NCBI GenBank assembly: GCA_020446675.1
Contig: JAGREE010000005.1
Location: 90,637-154,636, forward strand
DNA: 64,000 nt
Source of the DNA: Alphaproteobacteria bacterium
GTDB taxonomy: Bacteria > Pseudomonadota > Alphaproteobacteria > Sphingomonadales > Emcibacteraceae
Direction: 5' to 3'
The notes under the pieces are model-generated. The model did no database searches, was not told the origin of the DNA, and saw only the letters and a program-made list of their open reading frames with translations. Below, in pieces: positions 27,794 through 36,545 of the stretch. Made by a program: the position numbers and the translations under genes. The stretch's first letter is position 1. Each line of letters begins with the position of its first letter.

Positions 27794-28966
27794 ATGAACA
27801 GACCATTTGAAAATATAAAAGTTCTCGAACTGACCCATGTGCTGGCAGGACCATTTACCACTTACCAGTTCGCTTTGCTGGGGGCGGAAGTCATTAAAAT
27901 TGAGGATCCAAAAAATCCTGATTGTGCACGCGGACGCGGGCCTGACCCGGCGCAGAACCGTGCATTACGGGGGCTTAATTTTCAGGTTCAGGCATCCAAT
28001 AAAAAAGCCATGACCCTCGATTTAAAACATCAGGCTGGCAGAAGGCTTTTAAAAGAACTGGTGAAAACTGCCGATATTCTGGTTGAAAATTATCGCACTG
28101 GCGCTTTGGATAGCTTGGGGCTTGGCTATGATGATCTGAAAGAAATCAATCCTGGTCTCATTTATTGTTCACTGACCGGTTTTGGTCATGATGGACCCCG
28201 GGCAGTGGTCAACGCTTATGACAATGTCATTCAGGCGACAAGCGGAATTATTGATCAGTCCGGCGGCCATAAACCCGGACTTTCATTTGTTGATTATGCG
28301 GCGGGCTATAATGCAGCTTTTGCTATATCCGCTGCCCTTTACCGACGGGATAAAACCGGGCAGGGAACATATATCAGTTCGTCCATGTTTGAAGTGGCCA
28401 TGACTTTAATGGCGCCGGAGGCCGCAGCGGCGCAATACCCGAAAAAAACAAACCGCGATAAGGAAGCAGGGATTGGATGCTATCAGACATCCTATGGCCT
28501 GCTGATGATCGGGGCCTTCACCGCCGATCAGAACAAACGCATGTGGGCGATGATGGAAGAACTTGGCTATGAGATATCGGAAAATTTGAAAGCCCCCAAT
28601 GACTGGGAAAGTCTTTGGGCAGTGACAGGTGAAATAAAAGAGGCGCTGGAGAAAATTTTCACCGATAAAACGGCGGAAAGCTGGCAGGATCTATTCCATA
28701 AAGCGGGCCTGCCTGCTGAAACGCTCAGAACCCTGCCAGAAGCGGTTGAGGACCCGCAACTTAAAAATTATTTTCACCAGAGTAAAAGCGGAGAGGGCGA
28801 TACATATCCACCGATTCTGCCCACAGCCGCCTATAATTTTGAGAATGGCCCGGCCATTACATCTTTGCCACCGTCGGTTGGCGAACATACGGAAGAAATT
28901 CTTAAAAGCCTTGGCCTAACAGACAGGGAAATTGATCAGCTCAGACAGGATGAGGTAATCTTATGA
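27794..28966 (+). CDS. Family III CoA-transferase (CaiB/BaiF/Frc family)
   Basis: N-terminal IKVLELTHVLAGPFTTYQFALLGAEVIKIE and ADILVENYRTGALD. The ATG at 27794 is preferred, since the family N-terminus starts there. Confidence 0.85.
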   Translation: MNRPFENIKVLELTHVLAGPFTTYQFALLGAEVIKIEDPKNPDCARGRGPDPAQNRALRGLNFQVQASNKKAMTLDLKHQAGRRLLKELVKTADILVENYRTGALDSLGLGYDDLKEINPGLIYCSLTGFGHDGPRAVVNAYDNVIQATSGIIDQSGGHKPGLSFVDYAAGYNAAFAISAALYRRDKTGQGTYISSSMFEVAMTLMAPEAAAAQYPKKTNRDKEAGIGCYQTSYGLLMIGAFTADQNKRMWAMMEELGYEISENLKAPNDWESLWAVTGEIKEALEKIFTDKTAESWQDLFHKAGLPAETLRTLPEAVEDPQLKNYFHQSKSGEGDTYPPILPTAAYNFENGPAITSLPPSVGEHTEEILKSLGLTDREIDQLRQDEVIL

Positions 28967-29823
28967 CAAAAATAATAACAGCAACTCTGTGGTCCAGATT
29001 GCCGGAAGACCTCCATTATAAGGGAGAACCCAATGAATGGGTCAAGATGACAAGACCCGGTCAGTCGCTTCATTCGTTTCTGGAAGGGCCGGAATTTGAC
29101 GATCAGGGTAATTTGTGGCTTGTTGATGTCCCTTACGGGCGGATCTTTAAAATTGACAGCGATGGTCAATGGTCCCTTCATCACAGTTATGATGGACACC
29201 CGCATTCCATAAAACAAAAAGCCGATGGCAGCTTTATCCTTACAGATTATAAAAACGGGCTCATTGGCTATGATGGTAAAGAAAAATTCACGGCACTTCT
29301 TTCCAGTATTAATTTTAAGGGCCTGTCTGATCTGACCATTGCTGAAAACGGGGATGTCTGGTTCACGGATAGTGGGCGGACCAGTCTTTCCGATCCAAGC
29401 GGCAATGTTTATTGTTTAAGGAGTGATAGCAGTCTGGATCATGTCCTGGATAATGTTCCTTATCCCAATGGTATTGCCTTAAGCCGGGACGGTAAAATGG
29501 TTTATGTTGCAGCAACGCGCGCCAATGCGGTCTGGCGGTTTTTGGCCGATTATCCGGAAGCGGACCGGCCAATGGTTGGCACCCATATTCAAATGTCAGG
29601 CGGCCTAGGCCCAGACGGACTTGCCGTTGACGATCATGGCAATCTGGCGGTGGCCCATGCCCAGACGGGCCGTGCTTATATTTATAATCATTTTGGTGAT
29701 ATTCTGGCGCGGATTGATTTACCGGAAGGGCTCTGGATAACCAGTTTAATTTATCAGAAAAACAATCTTTATTTGGTTGAGGCACAGACCGGCTCCGTAT
29801 ACCGGGCAAATTTAGAGGAATAA
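28963..29823 (+). CDS. SMP-30/gluconolactonase/LRE-like beta-propeller protein
   Basis: LEGPEFDDQGNLWLVD, NGIALSRDGKMVYVA and GPDGLAVDDHGNL. ATGA overlap with the upstream gene. Confidence 0.8.
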   Translation: MTKIITATLWSRLPEDLHYKGEPNEWVKMTRPGQSLHSFLEGPEFDDQGNLWLVDVPYGRIFKIDSDGQWSLHHSYDGHPHSIKQKADGSFILTDYKNGLIGYDGKEKFTALLSSINFKGLSDLTIAENGDVWFTDSGRTSLSDPSGNVYCLRSDSSLDHVLDNVPYPNGIALSRDGKMVYVAATRANAVWRFLADYPEADRPMVGTHIQMSGGLGPDGLAVDDHGNLAVAHAQTGRAYIYNHFGDILARIDLPEGLWITSLIYQKNNLYLVEAQTGSVYRANLEE

Positions 29824-29826
29824 ACT

Positions 29827-30729
29827 ATGAAAAAAGAAGATTTGCACGGTTTTGTCCCGGCAGTGGTAACACCCTTTAATGAAAATGGGGACATCATGGA
29901 GGATGCGTTTCAGTCGCTTGTTGACTGGCTGATCGGGATGGGAGCGTCAGCAATCTGTGTTTCCGGTGATAATGGTGAAAGCTGGGCACTTTCGGCAGCG
30001 GAAAAAGGCAGACTGACCAGACTGGCCGTTGATCAGGCTGCGGGTCGGGTGCCTGTGATTACCGGTTGTTCGGCAACCACCCTTAAAAATAGTGTTGATT
30101 ATGCGCTCGCCGCGAAGGAAAACGGGGCAGCCGCGGTGCTTTCTATGCCGCAGACTTACGTTCTTAAAACCACCCGGGATGAGCTGCTTTCAAGATTTGA
30201 AAAGCTTACTGCGGCCATTGATATGCCGATTGTTGCATATAATTCCCCGCGCCGGGCAGGACTTAATTTATCCATTGATGATATTGGCGCAATTATGGAT
30301 GTTGCCCCGATTATCGGTATTAAGGAAAGTAACCGGGATTATTTCCACCACACCCATTTGATCAGGCGTTTTTCAGAAAAAATGGCAATCATGGTCGGCC
30401 CCTGTCATTATATCATGCCGGGAATTGCGCTTGGCGCACATGGATTTATAGCGACGGGCCCTGAATTTTTAGGGTCGGATACGGCAAAAATAACCTCTCT
30501 CGCCCGTGAAAAACCGGGGCAGAAGCAGGCCGATATTCATTATACACTGACGGTTCTTTATGAACTTCTGATGGGCCATTCAACCTGGCCGGCCGCCTTT
30601 AAAGCGGCCCTTAACCTGATCGGCCAACCGGCTGGCGTTCCGCGTGACCCTGTTCATGCGGCAAGCGCTGATGTGGTTGAAACTATTAAAAAAACATTCG
30701 ATGATCTTGGAATATCCTATCAGTCATGA
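29827..30729 (+). CDS. Dihydrodipicolinate synthase/N-acetylneuraminate lyase family protein
   Basis: 300 aa with GFVPAVVTPF, SGDNGES, YNSP and IGIKES (Schiff-base lysine context). Confidence 0.82.
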   Translation: MKKEDLHGFVPAVVTPFNENGDIMEDAFQSLVDWLIGMGASAICVSGDNGESWALSAAEKGRLTRLAVDQAAGRVPVITGCSATTLKNSVDYALAAKENGAAAVLSMPQTYVLKTTRDELLSRFEKLTAAIDMPIVAYNSPRRAGLNLSIDDIGAIMDVAPIIGIKESNRDYFHHTHLIRRFSEKMAIMVGPCHYIMPGIALGAHGFIATGPEFLGSDTAKITSLAREKPGQKQADIHYTLTVLYELLMGHSTWPAAFKAALNLIGQPAGVPRDPVHAASADVVETIKKTFDDLGISYQS

Positions 30730-31010
30730 CAGATGGGAACAATGATCATATCCTAAGATCAAAGGAAATTTCCTTTATTTTTGATGGTGTTAGCGTGACA
30801 GGCCATGACGGGGAAACCGTTGCTGCTGCATTACTGCGGGGAGGGATTACCCATCTGCGAAATGCTCCCAATTCAGGCACGCCAAGGGGCATGTTCTGCA
30901 TTATGGGGGCCTGTCAGGAATGTGTCATTGAAATTGACGGGCGGAAAGTTGAAGCCTGCCGCACCACAATTTCAGAAGGACTTGTGATCAGGAGGGTGCC
31001 AGATGTTTGA
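30726..31010 (+). CDS. (2Fe-2S)-binding small subunit (HcnA / opine-oxidase / LhpF-like)
   Basis: 94 aa with GMFCIMGACQECVIEIDG Cys cluster. ATGA overlap upstream and an 8-nt overlap downstream. Confidence 0.8.
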   Translation: MTDGNNDHILRSKEISFIFDGVSVTGHDGETVAAALLRGGITHLRNAPNSGTPRGMFCIMGACQECVIEIDGRKVEACRTTISEGLVIRRVPDV

Positions 31011-32412
31011 TGCTATCGTCATCGGTGCTGGCCCTGCCGGGGCAAATGCGGCGATCATATTATCGGAAAATGGACTAAAAACAGCCCTTATTGATGAGCA
31101 GCGGGATGCCGGGGGTCAGGTATGGCGGGTAAAATCAAAATCAATTCTAAAAGCCCCTATAACAGAGGCTGTTGAGCAGGGCGATGCCTTAAGGGATAGG
31201 CTGAAATCTAGCAATGTAACCGCAAAATTTAACTGTCGTGTCTGGCATATTGAAAGACAGGAAAATGGTCACTGGCAGCTTTCTGTGGTTGGGGACAGTG
31301 AAAAAAAGCTGACCACAAAGGCCTTAATCATTGCAACTGGTGCGCAGGAGAGGGTCATTCCGGTTCCCGGCTGGACACTGCCCGGTGTCTTCGGTCTGGC
31401 CGGGGCAACGGCCCTTTTTAAAGAACATATGATGGCACCGATGCGGCGCACCATCGTTGCCGGAAACGGACCTTTATTATTTTATGTGGCCAGCGAAACC
31501 CTCAGGCTTGGGGGGCGCGTTTCAGCCGTTATTTCCCTAAACAGCCGGATGGATTGGCTTAAATCGCTTCCTGCCATGCTTTCAAACCCGGCGCTAATCG
31601 GACAGGGACTAAAATGGATATTCACTCTTTATAAAAACCGCATTCCTATCTACTGGCAACATGCAATAAAGGCGGTTGAAGGTGAAAATACGGTTGATGG
31701 GGTTACCATCTGCAAGGTGGATCAGGATTGGGCTCCGGTTGCGGGGACGGATCAATATATTCACGGTGAAAATTTATGTTATGGCCAGGGGTTAATGCCG
31801 GCGGTTGAAGCAACCCGTCTGGCTGGCGCCGATCATCATTATGACGAAAAACTTGGAGGATGGGTGCCGACCATTGATCAATGGGGCCGCACGTCCATGT
31901 CGGGATTATATGCCTGCGGTGATAATGCCGGAATTTATGGGGCGTTGGCAGCACCAATCAGGGGAAGCCTTGCCGCAGAAGCTGTATGCGAAGATGCAGG
32001 TATAAACCTTAAAAAGAGAGTAGACAGTAAAAAATTAAAGGCAGCTAAAAATTTTGGTCTTGCCGCAACAGCGCTGACCATTCCGCGAAGCGGACTTGAA
32101 GCATTAATTACTGACGAAACCGAAGTTTGCCGCTGTGAAGGGATAATCAGGCAGGAAATTGATTTTGAAATAAAAACAGGAGCACAATCACCCAATGCAA
32201 TTAAATCAGGAACGCGATGTGGCATGGGGCCGTGTGGCGGGCGCTATTGTATGGAAGCGATCGCCTTAATTACCCAGCACAGAACCAGAAAAACAAGAGA
32301 AGAAATTGGTCTGCCCACGGCGCGGCCACCGCTTCGCCCGGTGACGATTGATGATATTTCGGATGATCTTGATTATGATGATCTGCCCATCCCGGGGGTA
32401 TCGCCGTTATGA
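31003..32412 (+). CDS. FAD/NAD(P)-binding oxidoreductase subunit (HcnB / OoxA / LhpE-like)
   Basis: N-terminal IVIGAGPAGANAA dinucleotide fold and a C-terminal Cys-rich part (CRCEG..., RCGMGPCGGRYC). Confidence 0.8.
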   Translation: MFDAIVIGAGPAGANAAIILSENGLKTALIDEQRDAGGQVWRVKSKSILKAPITEAVEQGDALRDRLKSSNVTAKFNCRVWHIERQENGHWQLSVVGDSEKKLTTKALIIATGAQERVIPVPGWTLPGVFGLAGATALFKEHMMAPMRRTIVAGNGPLLFYVASETLRLGGRVSAVISLNSRMDWLKSLPAMLSNPALIGQGLKWIFTLYKNRIPIYWQHAIKAVEGENTVDGVTICKVDQDWAPVAGTDQYIHGENLCYGQGLMPAVEATRLAGADHHYDEKLGGWVPTIDQWGRTSMSGLYACGDNAGIYGALAAPIRGSLAAEAVCEDAGINLKKRVDSKKLKAAKNFGLAATALTIPRSGLEALITDETEVCRCEGIIRQEIDFEIKTGAQSPNAIKSGTRCGMGPCGGRYCMEAIALITQHRTRKTREEIGLPTARPPLRPVTIDDISDDLDYDDLPIPGVSPL

Positions 32413-33512
32413 TGCCGATATTTGATATAGCCATTATCGGCGGTGGTATCATGGGGTGTGGGGCTGCCCTACGTCTTGCGGATGGTGGAATGCGTCCTAT
32501 CATCCTCGAACAGGGGGATATTGGGCAGGGGGCTTCCGGCGTCAATGCAGGGACCCTATCAATGCAGATTAAACGTGTAAAATTAATGCCTTACGCCATC
32601 CGCGGTCATGAAGAATGGCAGCATATGGGTGACGCGGTCGGTTTTCATAAAACAGGGGGCTACACGCTGGCCTTTAATGACCGCGAAGCCGAGCTTCTTC
32701 ATGACAGAATGAGTATGAAGAAAGAGGCCGGTGCCAATATCAGCTTTGTTTCGCCTAAGCAGCTAAATGAATTTGAACCGCATCTTGCCGGAAAGGTCAT
32801 TGCTGCCAGTTACTGCCCGGATGACGGGTATGCCAATTCATCATTGACCGGGCAATATTATAGAAAAAAAATTGATGAAAATGGCATCAATTTTATAGAA
32901 GGGTTTAAGGTTACCAATATCAGAAGCACATCCGAAGGATATGAAATCGCATCAAATGGCCGGACTGTGGTTGCCAGCCGCATTCTCATCGCTTGTGGCG
33001 GTTGGAGCAAACATATTGCTGCCATGCTTGGGGTTGAGCTTCCCATTAGAGCGCGGATCAATACTGTGTCCGTCACGGAACGTGCCCCGCGTCTAATAAG
33101 TGGTGTGATTGGCCACGCCACTGGTTTATTAACAATGAAGCAAAAAGAAAACGGCACTATTCTGATTGGTGGTGGATGGCAGGGGAAGGGTCGCCCGGAA
33201 GAGGGGCGCGGCCAGGTCAGTGTTGATAGTCTGGTGCCGAATTTGCAACTTGCAAAATTTGTGCTTCCAGCTTTATCCAATATTAGAATCGTGAGATCAT
33301 GGACCGGATTTGAAGCCAATGTGCCTGATTTTTATCCGCTTGCAGGGGCACTGCCAAACAGAGATAATGCCTTTATTCTTGGCTGCGTCCGGGGCGGCTT
33401 TACCATTGGTCCATATATTTCAAAACTGATGGGCGATTATATACTGGGAAAAGAGCCGGAAATGCCACTTTTTGACCCGGCACGAAAAATGGAAGAAGGA
33501 AAACTGATATGA
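32409..33512 (+). CDS. FAD-dependent oxidoreductase (DAO family; HcnC / OoxB / LhpB-like)
   Basis: IAIIGGGIMGCGAALRLA dinucleotide fold, 367 aa. ATGA overlaps on both sides. Confidence 0.82.
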   Translation: MMPIFDIAIIGGGIMGCGAALRLADGGMRPIILEQGDIGQGASGVNAGTLSMQIKRVKLMPYAIRGHEEWQHMGDAVGFHKTGGYTLAFNDREAELLHDRMSMKKEAGANISFVSPKQLNEFEPHLAGKVIAASYCPDDGYANSSLTGQYYRKKIDENGINFIEGFKVTNIRSTSEGYEIASNGRTVVASRILIACGGWSKHIAAMLGVELPIRARINTVSVTERAPRLISGVIGHATGLLTMKQKENGTILIGGGWQGKGRPEEGRGQVSVDSLVPNLQLAKFVLPALSNIRIVRSWTGFEANVPDFYPLAGALPNRDNAFILGCVRGGFTIGPYISKLMGDYILGKEPEMPLFDPARKMEEGKLI

Positions 33513-34279
33513 GCGAAAAAATACTTCAAAACCAAGTGGCTATTATCACGGGCGGCGGTACGGGGATCGGTGCGGCCTGCGCCGATATGTTCGCGGATCA
33601 TGGGGCTCATGTGGTGATTGCCGGGCGCAGTCTGCAAACCATAACAAGTGTTGCCAACCGCAATCGCGGCACGGCCATTGTCTGCGATGTGACAAAATTT
33701 GAAGATGTCCAGGGATTATTTTTAAAAGCGAAAATGATCACAGGCAAAGTGGATATACTGGTTAATAATGCCGGTGTTCCCGGGCCGGTTTCGCCGATCG
33801 CGGACGTCAATATTGATCAGTGGCGAAAATGCGCGGAAATAAACCTGTTCGGAGCCATGTACTGCATGCGTGAAGCGGCCCGCATCATGTGCGAACAGAA
33901 ATCAGGGTCAATTATAAATATGTCGTCTCTTATGGGAATAGAAGGATACCCGATGCGATCAGCCTACAGTGCGACAAAATTTGCGCTTGTCGGCATGACG
34001 GAAGCGGTGGCACGGGAGGTTGGACCATATAACGTAAGGGTTAATGCGCTTCTTCCCGGGGCGGTTTCCGGTGAAAATATGGACCGGATACTTGAACGCC
34101 GGGCTGAAGCAGAGGGAAGAAGCGTCGCAGAAATTGTAAAAGAAAATTATACCGATCCTGCGGCTCTTAAACGATGGGTCGCTCCGGAAGAGGTGGCAAA
34201 GGCAGCGCTTTTTTATGCGTCTGACGCATCTAGTGCAGTGACCGGGGATAAAATGAAAGTCTGTTGCGGACGATTTTAA
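33509..34279 (+). CDS. Short-chain dehydrogenase/reductase (SDR)
   Basis: TGGGTGIG cofactor motif, NNAG, and S...YSATK catalytic motif. Confidence 0.88.
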   Translation: MSEKILQNQVAIITGGGTGIGAACADMFADHGAHVVIAGRSLQTITSVANRNRGTAIVCDVTKFEDVQGLFLKAKMITGKVDILVNNAGVPGPVSPIADVNIDQWRKCAEINLFGAMYCMREAARIMCEQKSGSIINMSSLMGIEGYPMRSAYSATKFALVGMTEAVAREVGPYNVRVNALLPGAVSGENMDRILERRAEAEGRSVAEIVKENYTDPAALKRWVAPEEVAKAALFYASDASSAVTGDKMKVCCGRF

Positions 34280-34290
34280 AGGACAAAAAA

Positions 34291-35985
34291 ATGTCAGATA
34301 AGAACAAAATTTCAAGACGTGAATTTTCAAAAAGGGTTGCGGCCACAGCGGCGGGGATGACCATTGCAGCGGCCCCGGATATCACAAGGGCACAGCAAAT
34401 CGCAAAATCAACAAAACATAAAAATGTTTTGATGATCCTGATGGATCAGGAACGTGCCTGGGCAACACTTCCGGCGGGACTTGATCTTCCGGTTCGAAAG
34501 AAATTTGCATCAGAAGGGGTTTCATTTGAAAAATATAACATTGCCACATTATCCTGTGCACCGTCCCGTTCAGTTATTTATACCGGTCAGCATGTTCAGA
34601 AAACAACCATTTTTACCAATCCCGGCCTTGGGGAGGGAGACCCCTTCCTTGATGTAAGCAACACGCCAACGATAGGCCAGATGTTTAAAAAAATGGGCTA
34701 TAAAACGGCATACAAGGGTAAATGGCATTTATCTGTCGGCTTTGATGAGGATAATGTGGAAGCGCTTGTTGATTATGGGTTTGATGAATGGCATAAGGGT
34801 CAGGATACCGGCGGGGTGGTTTATGAAGGTGCGGAAAAAGACCGTGAAATACTTGAAAATGCCAGAGATTATCTGACCAGACAAAAGGATGAAAAGGAGC
34901 CCTGGTTCCTTGCCGTAAATTTTGTCAACCCACATGATATTATGTGGCTTGATGCCAATGGTAAACAGGCCGAAACCAGACTGCGGCCCGGACTGGTCAG
35001 CGATATGAGACCGGCGCAGGACATTTATCCTTATAATCATGATTTTGGCTTTAATGTTCCGGCCAATTTCTATGATGACTTGAGTAAAAAGCCGGAAGCA
35101 CAAATGGAATTTGTCAAGCTGGGGCAGTATTTTTATGGTGAACAGGATATCAGCGATGAAGAAGCCTGTAAAAATGTCTTGAATTATTATGCGGCCTGCC
35201 TTGTTGATTCAGATCGGGTGATTGGTGATCTGCTGGCAACTCTTGAGAAACTCGGCATGACTGATGATACTATTGTTATTTTAACATCTGATCATGGTGA
35301 AATGGGTGGGTCACACGGGCTTCGCCATAAGGGACCATTTATGTATAGAGAAAATATTAACGTACCGCTGGTAGTGCGGTATCCGGGCGGTCAGAAGGGC
35401 GTTAAATCAAACGCGATGATGAGTGCCATTGATTTTGCGCCGACCCTGATCGGTTTGGTGGGTGAAGATTATAGTAAAATTGAAAAGCGGCTTTTGGGAT
35501 ATGATTATTCAGGAATTATTCTTGGTAAAAAGGTTCGTGAGCGAAACGAGATATTGGTCAATTTTAGCAACACAACGCAGGGTAATTCGCGACTTGAAAA
35601 AATTCGGATGCTGCAAAAAGAAGCGGAGAAAAAAGGGGCGCCTGTCGTCCAATTTAAATTTCCGGATGACTTTATCCAGTTTGATACCAGAACTTTGGGC
35701 CGTGGTATTATTACAGAGCGGTATAAATTTTCGCGCTGGTTTGCCCCGGGGGATCATCATAAGCCGACAACTTGGCAGATGCTGGTGGGCAGAAATGATC
35801 TGGAGCTATATGATCTGGATGCTGATCCTTTAGAGATGAATAATCTTATCCATTTCCCTGAAACACACAGGGAGCTTATTTTAGCGTTAAATACAAGGCT
35901 TAATGATCTTATTGAACGTGAAGTGGGAATTGATCTGGGCGGCCATTTGCCGGGAAATCATAATATCTGGACATCAGAATTATAA
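34291..35985 (+). CDS. Tat-exported formylglycine-dependent sulfatase
   Basis: SRREFSKRVAATAAGM Tat motif, sulfatase signature SCAPSRSVIYTGQ (C-x-P-x-R), DQER and TSDHGE. The ATG at 34291 is preferred. Confidence 0.85.
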   Translation: MSDKNKISRREFSKRVAATAAGMTIAAAPDITRAQQIAKSTKHKNVLMILMDQERAWATLPAGLDLPVRKKFASEGVSFEKYNIATLSCAPSRSVIYTGQHVQKTTIFTNPGLGEGDPFLDVSNTPTIGQMFKKMGYKTAYKGKWHLSVGFDEDNVEALVDYGFDEWHKGQDTGGVVYEGAEKDREILENARDYLTRQKDEKEPWFLAVNFVNPHDIMWLDANGKQAETRLRPGLVSDMRPAQDIYPYNHDFGFNVPANFYDDLSKKPEAQMEFVKLGQYFYGEQDISDEEACKNVLNYYAACLVDSDRVIGDLLATLEKLGMTDDTIVILTSDHGEMGGSHGLRHKGPFMYRENINVPLVVRYPGGQKGVKSNAMMSAIDFAPTLIGLVGEDYSKIEKRLLGYDYSGIILGKKVRERNEILVNFSNTTQGNSRLEKIRMLQKEAEKKGAPVVQFKFPDDFIQFDTRTLGRGIITERYKFSRWFAPGDHHKPTTWQMLVGRNDLELYDLDADPLEMNNLIHFPETHRELILALNTRLNDLIEREVGIDLGGHLPGNHNIWTSEL

Positions 35986-35990
35986 AAAAA

Positions 35991-36019
35991 GCCCCCGCAG
36001 TATAAAAATCTGCGAGGGC
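35991..36019. terminator. Hairpin between convergent genes (intrinsic terminator, mainly for the minus-strand gene)
   Basis: GCCCCCGCAG-9 nt-CTGCGAGGGC pairs 9 of 10 positions. The A7 run at 35984-35990 is a T-run on the minus strand. Confidence 0.6.
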
Positions 36020-36041
36020 CTAAGGTTGGTCTAACTTAAAG

Positions 36042-36365
36042 TTATCTATAGATTTCCCTGGTGATAATTACCACAGGTCTATCAATTCGTTGCGGTGCAT
36101 AAGCACGTCTTATGCGACGGATTTTTTTAACCTTCCCGCGGTGCGTTACCTTGGCAAAATGTCTGTGATTGTTGGGAATAACAATCACCGGGACACTGTG
36201 ACGTCCGCCTGTGTAGATGATTTTTCCCGGATGGGTGACTACAACATGTGAATTCCGCTCGCCAGCATATCTATGTGTGCGTTCATGGGCCTGAGTCTGA
36301 ACCGCTAATGTCAGGCTTAATGCTATTGCAGCAATCCATGCTATAATATTTATATTTTTTTTCAT
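36042..36365 (-). CDS. Small secreted His/Arg-rich hypothetical protein
   Basis: AGGAG lies 9 nt upstream of the ATG at 36365. Signal peptide (IIAWIAAIALSLTLAVQTQA). The mature part is rich in H, R and K; no family recognised. Confidence 0.6.
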   Translation of the reverse strand: MKKNINIIAWIAAIALSLTLAVQTQAHERTHRYAGERNSHVVVTHPGKIIYTGGRHSVPVIVIPNNHRHFAKVTHRGKVKKIRRIRRAYAPQRIDRPVVIITREIYR

Positions 36366-36545
36366 CACTGGTCTCCTTTTCTATGTTAATCAACCACTTG
36401 GAAGCCCTTTTCTAATTTCCTTTATAGCCAGTGTGATCTGAACCAATGATGAATTTGCCTGAAATCTGTTGTTCATCTTTTACCTCTTGCGAGCTTTCCT
36501 GCAAAAAGCTAGGCTAACTTAAAAGGGAAGATAAAGGGGAGAAAC

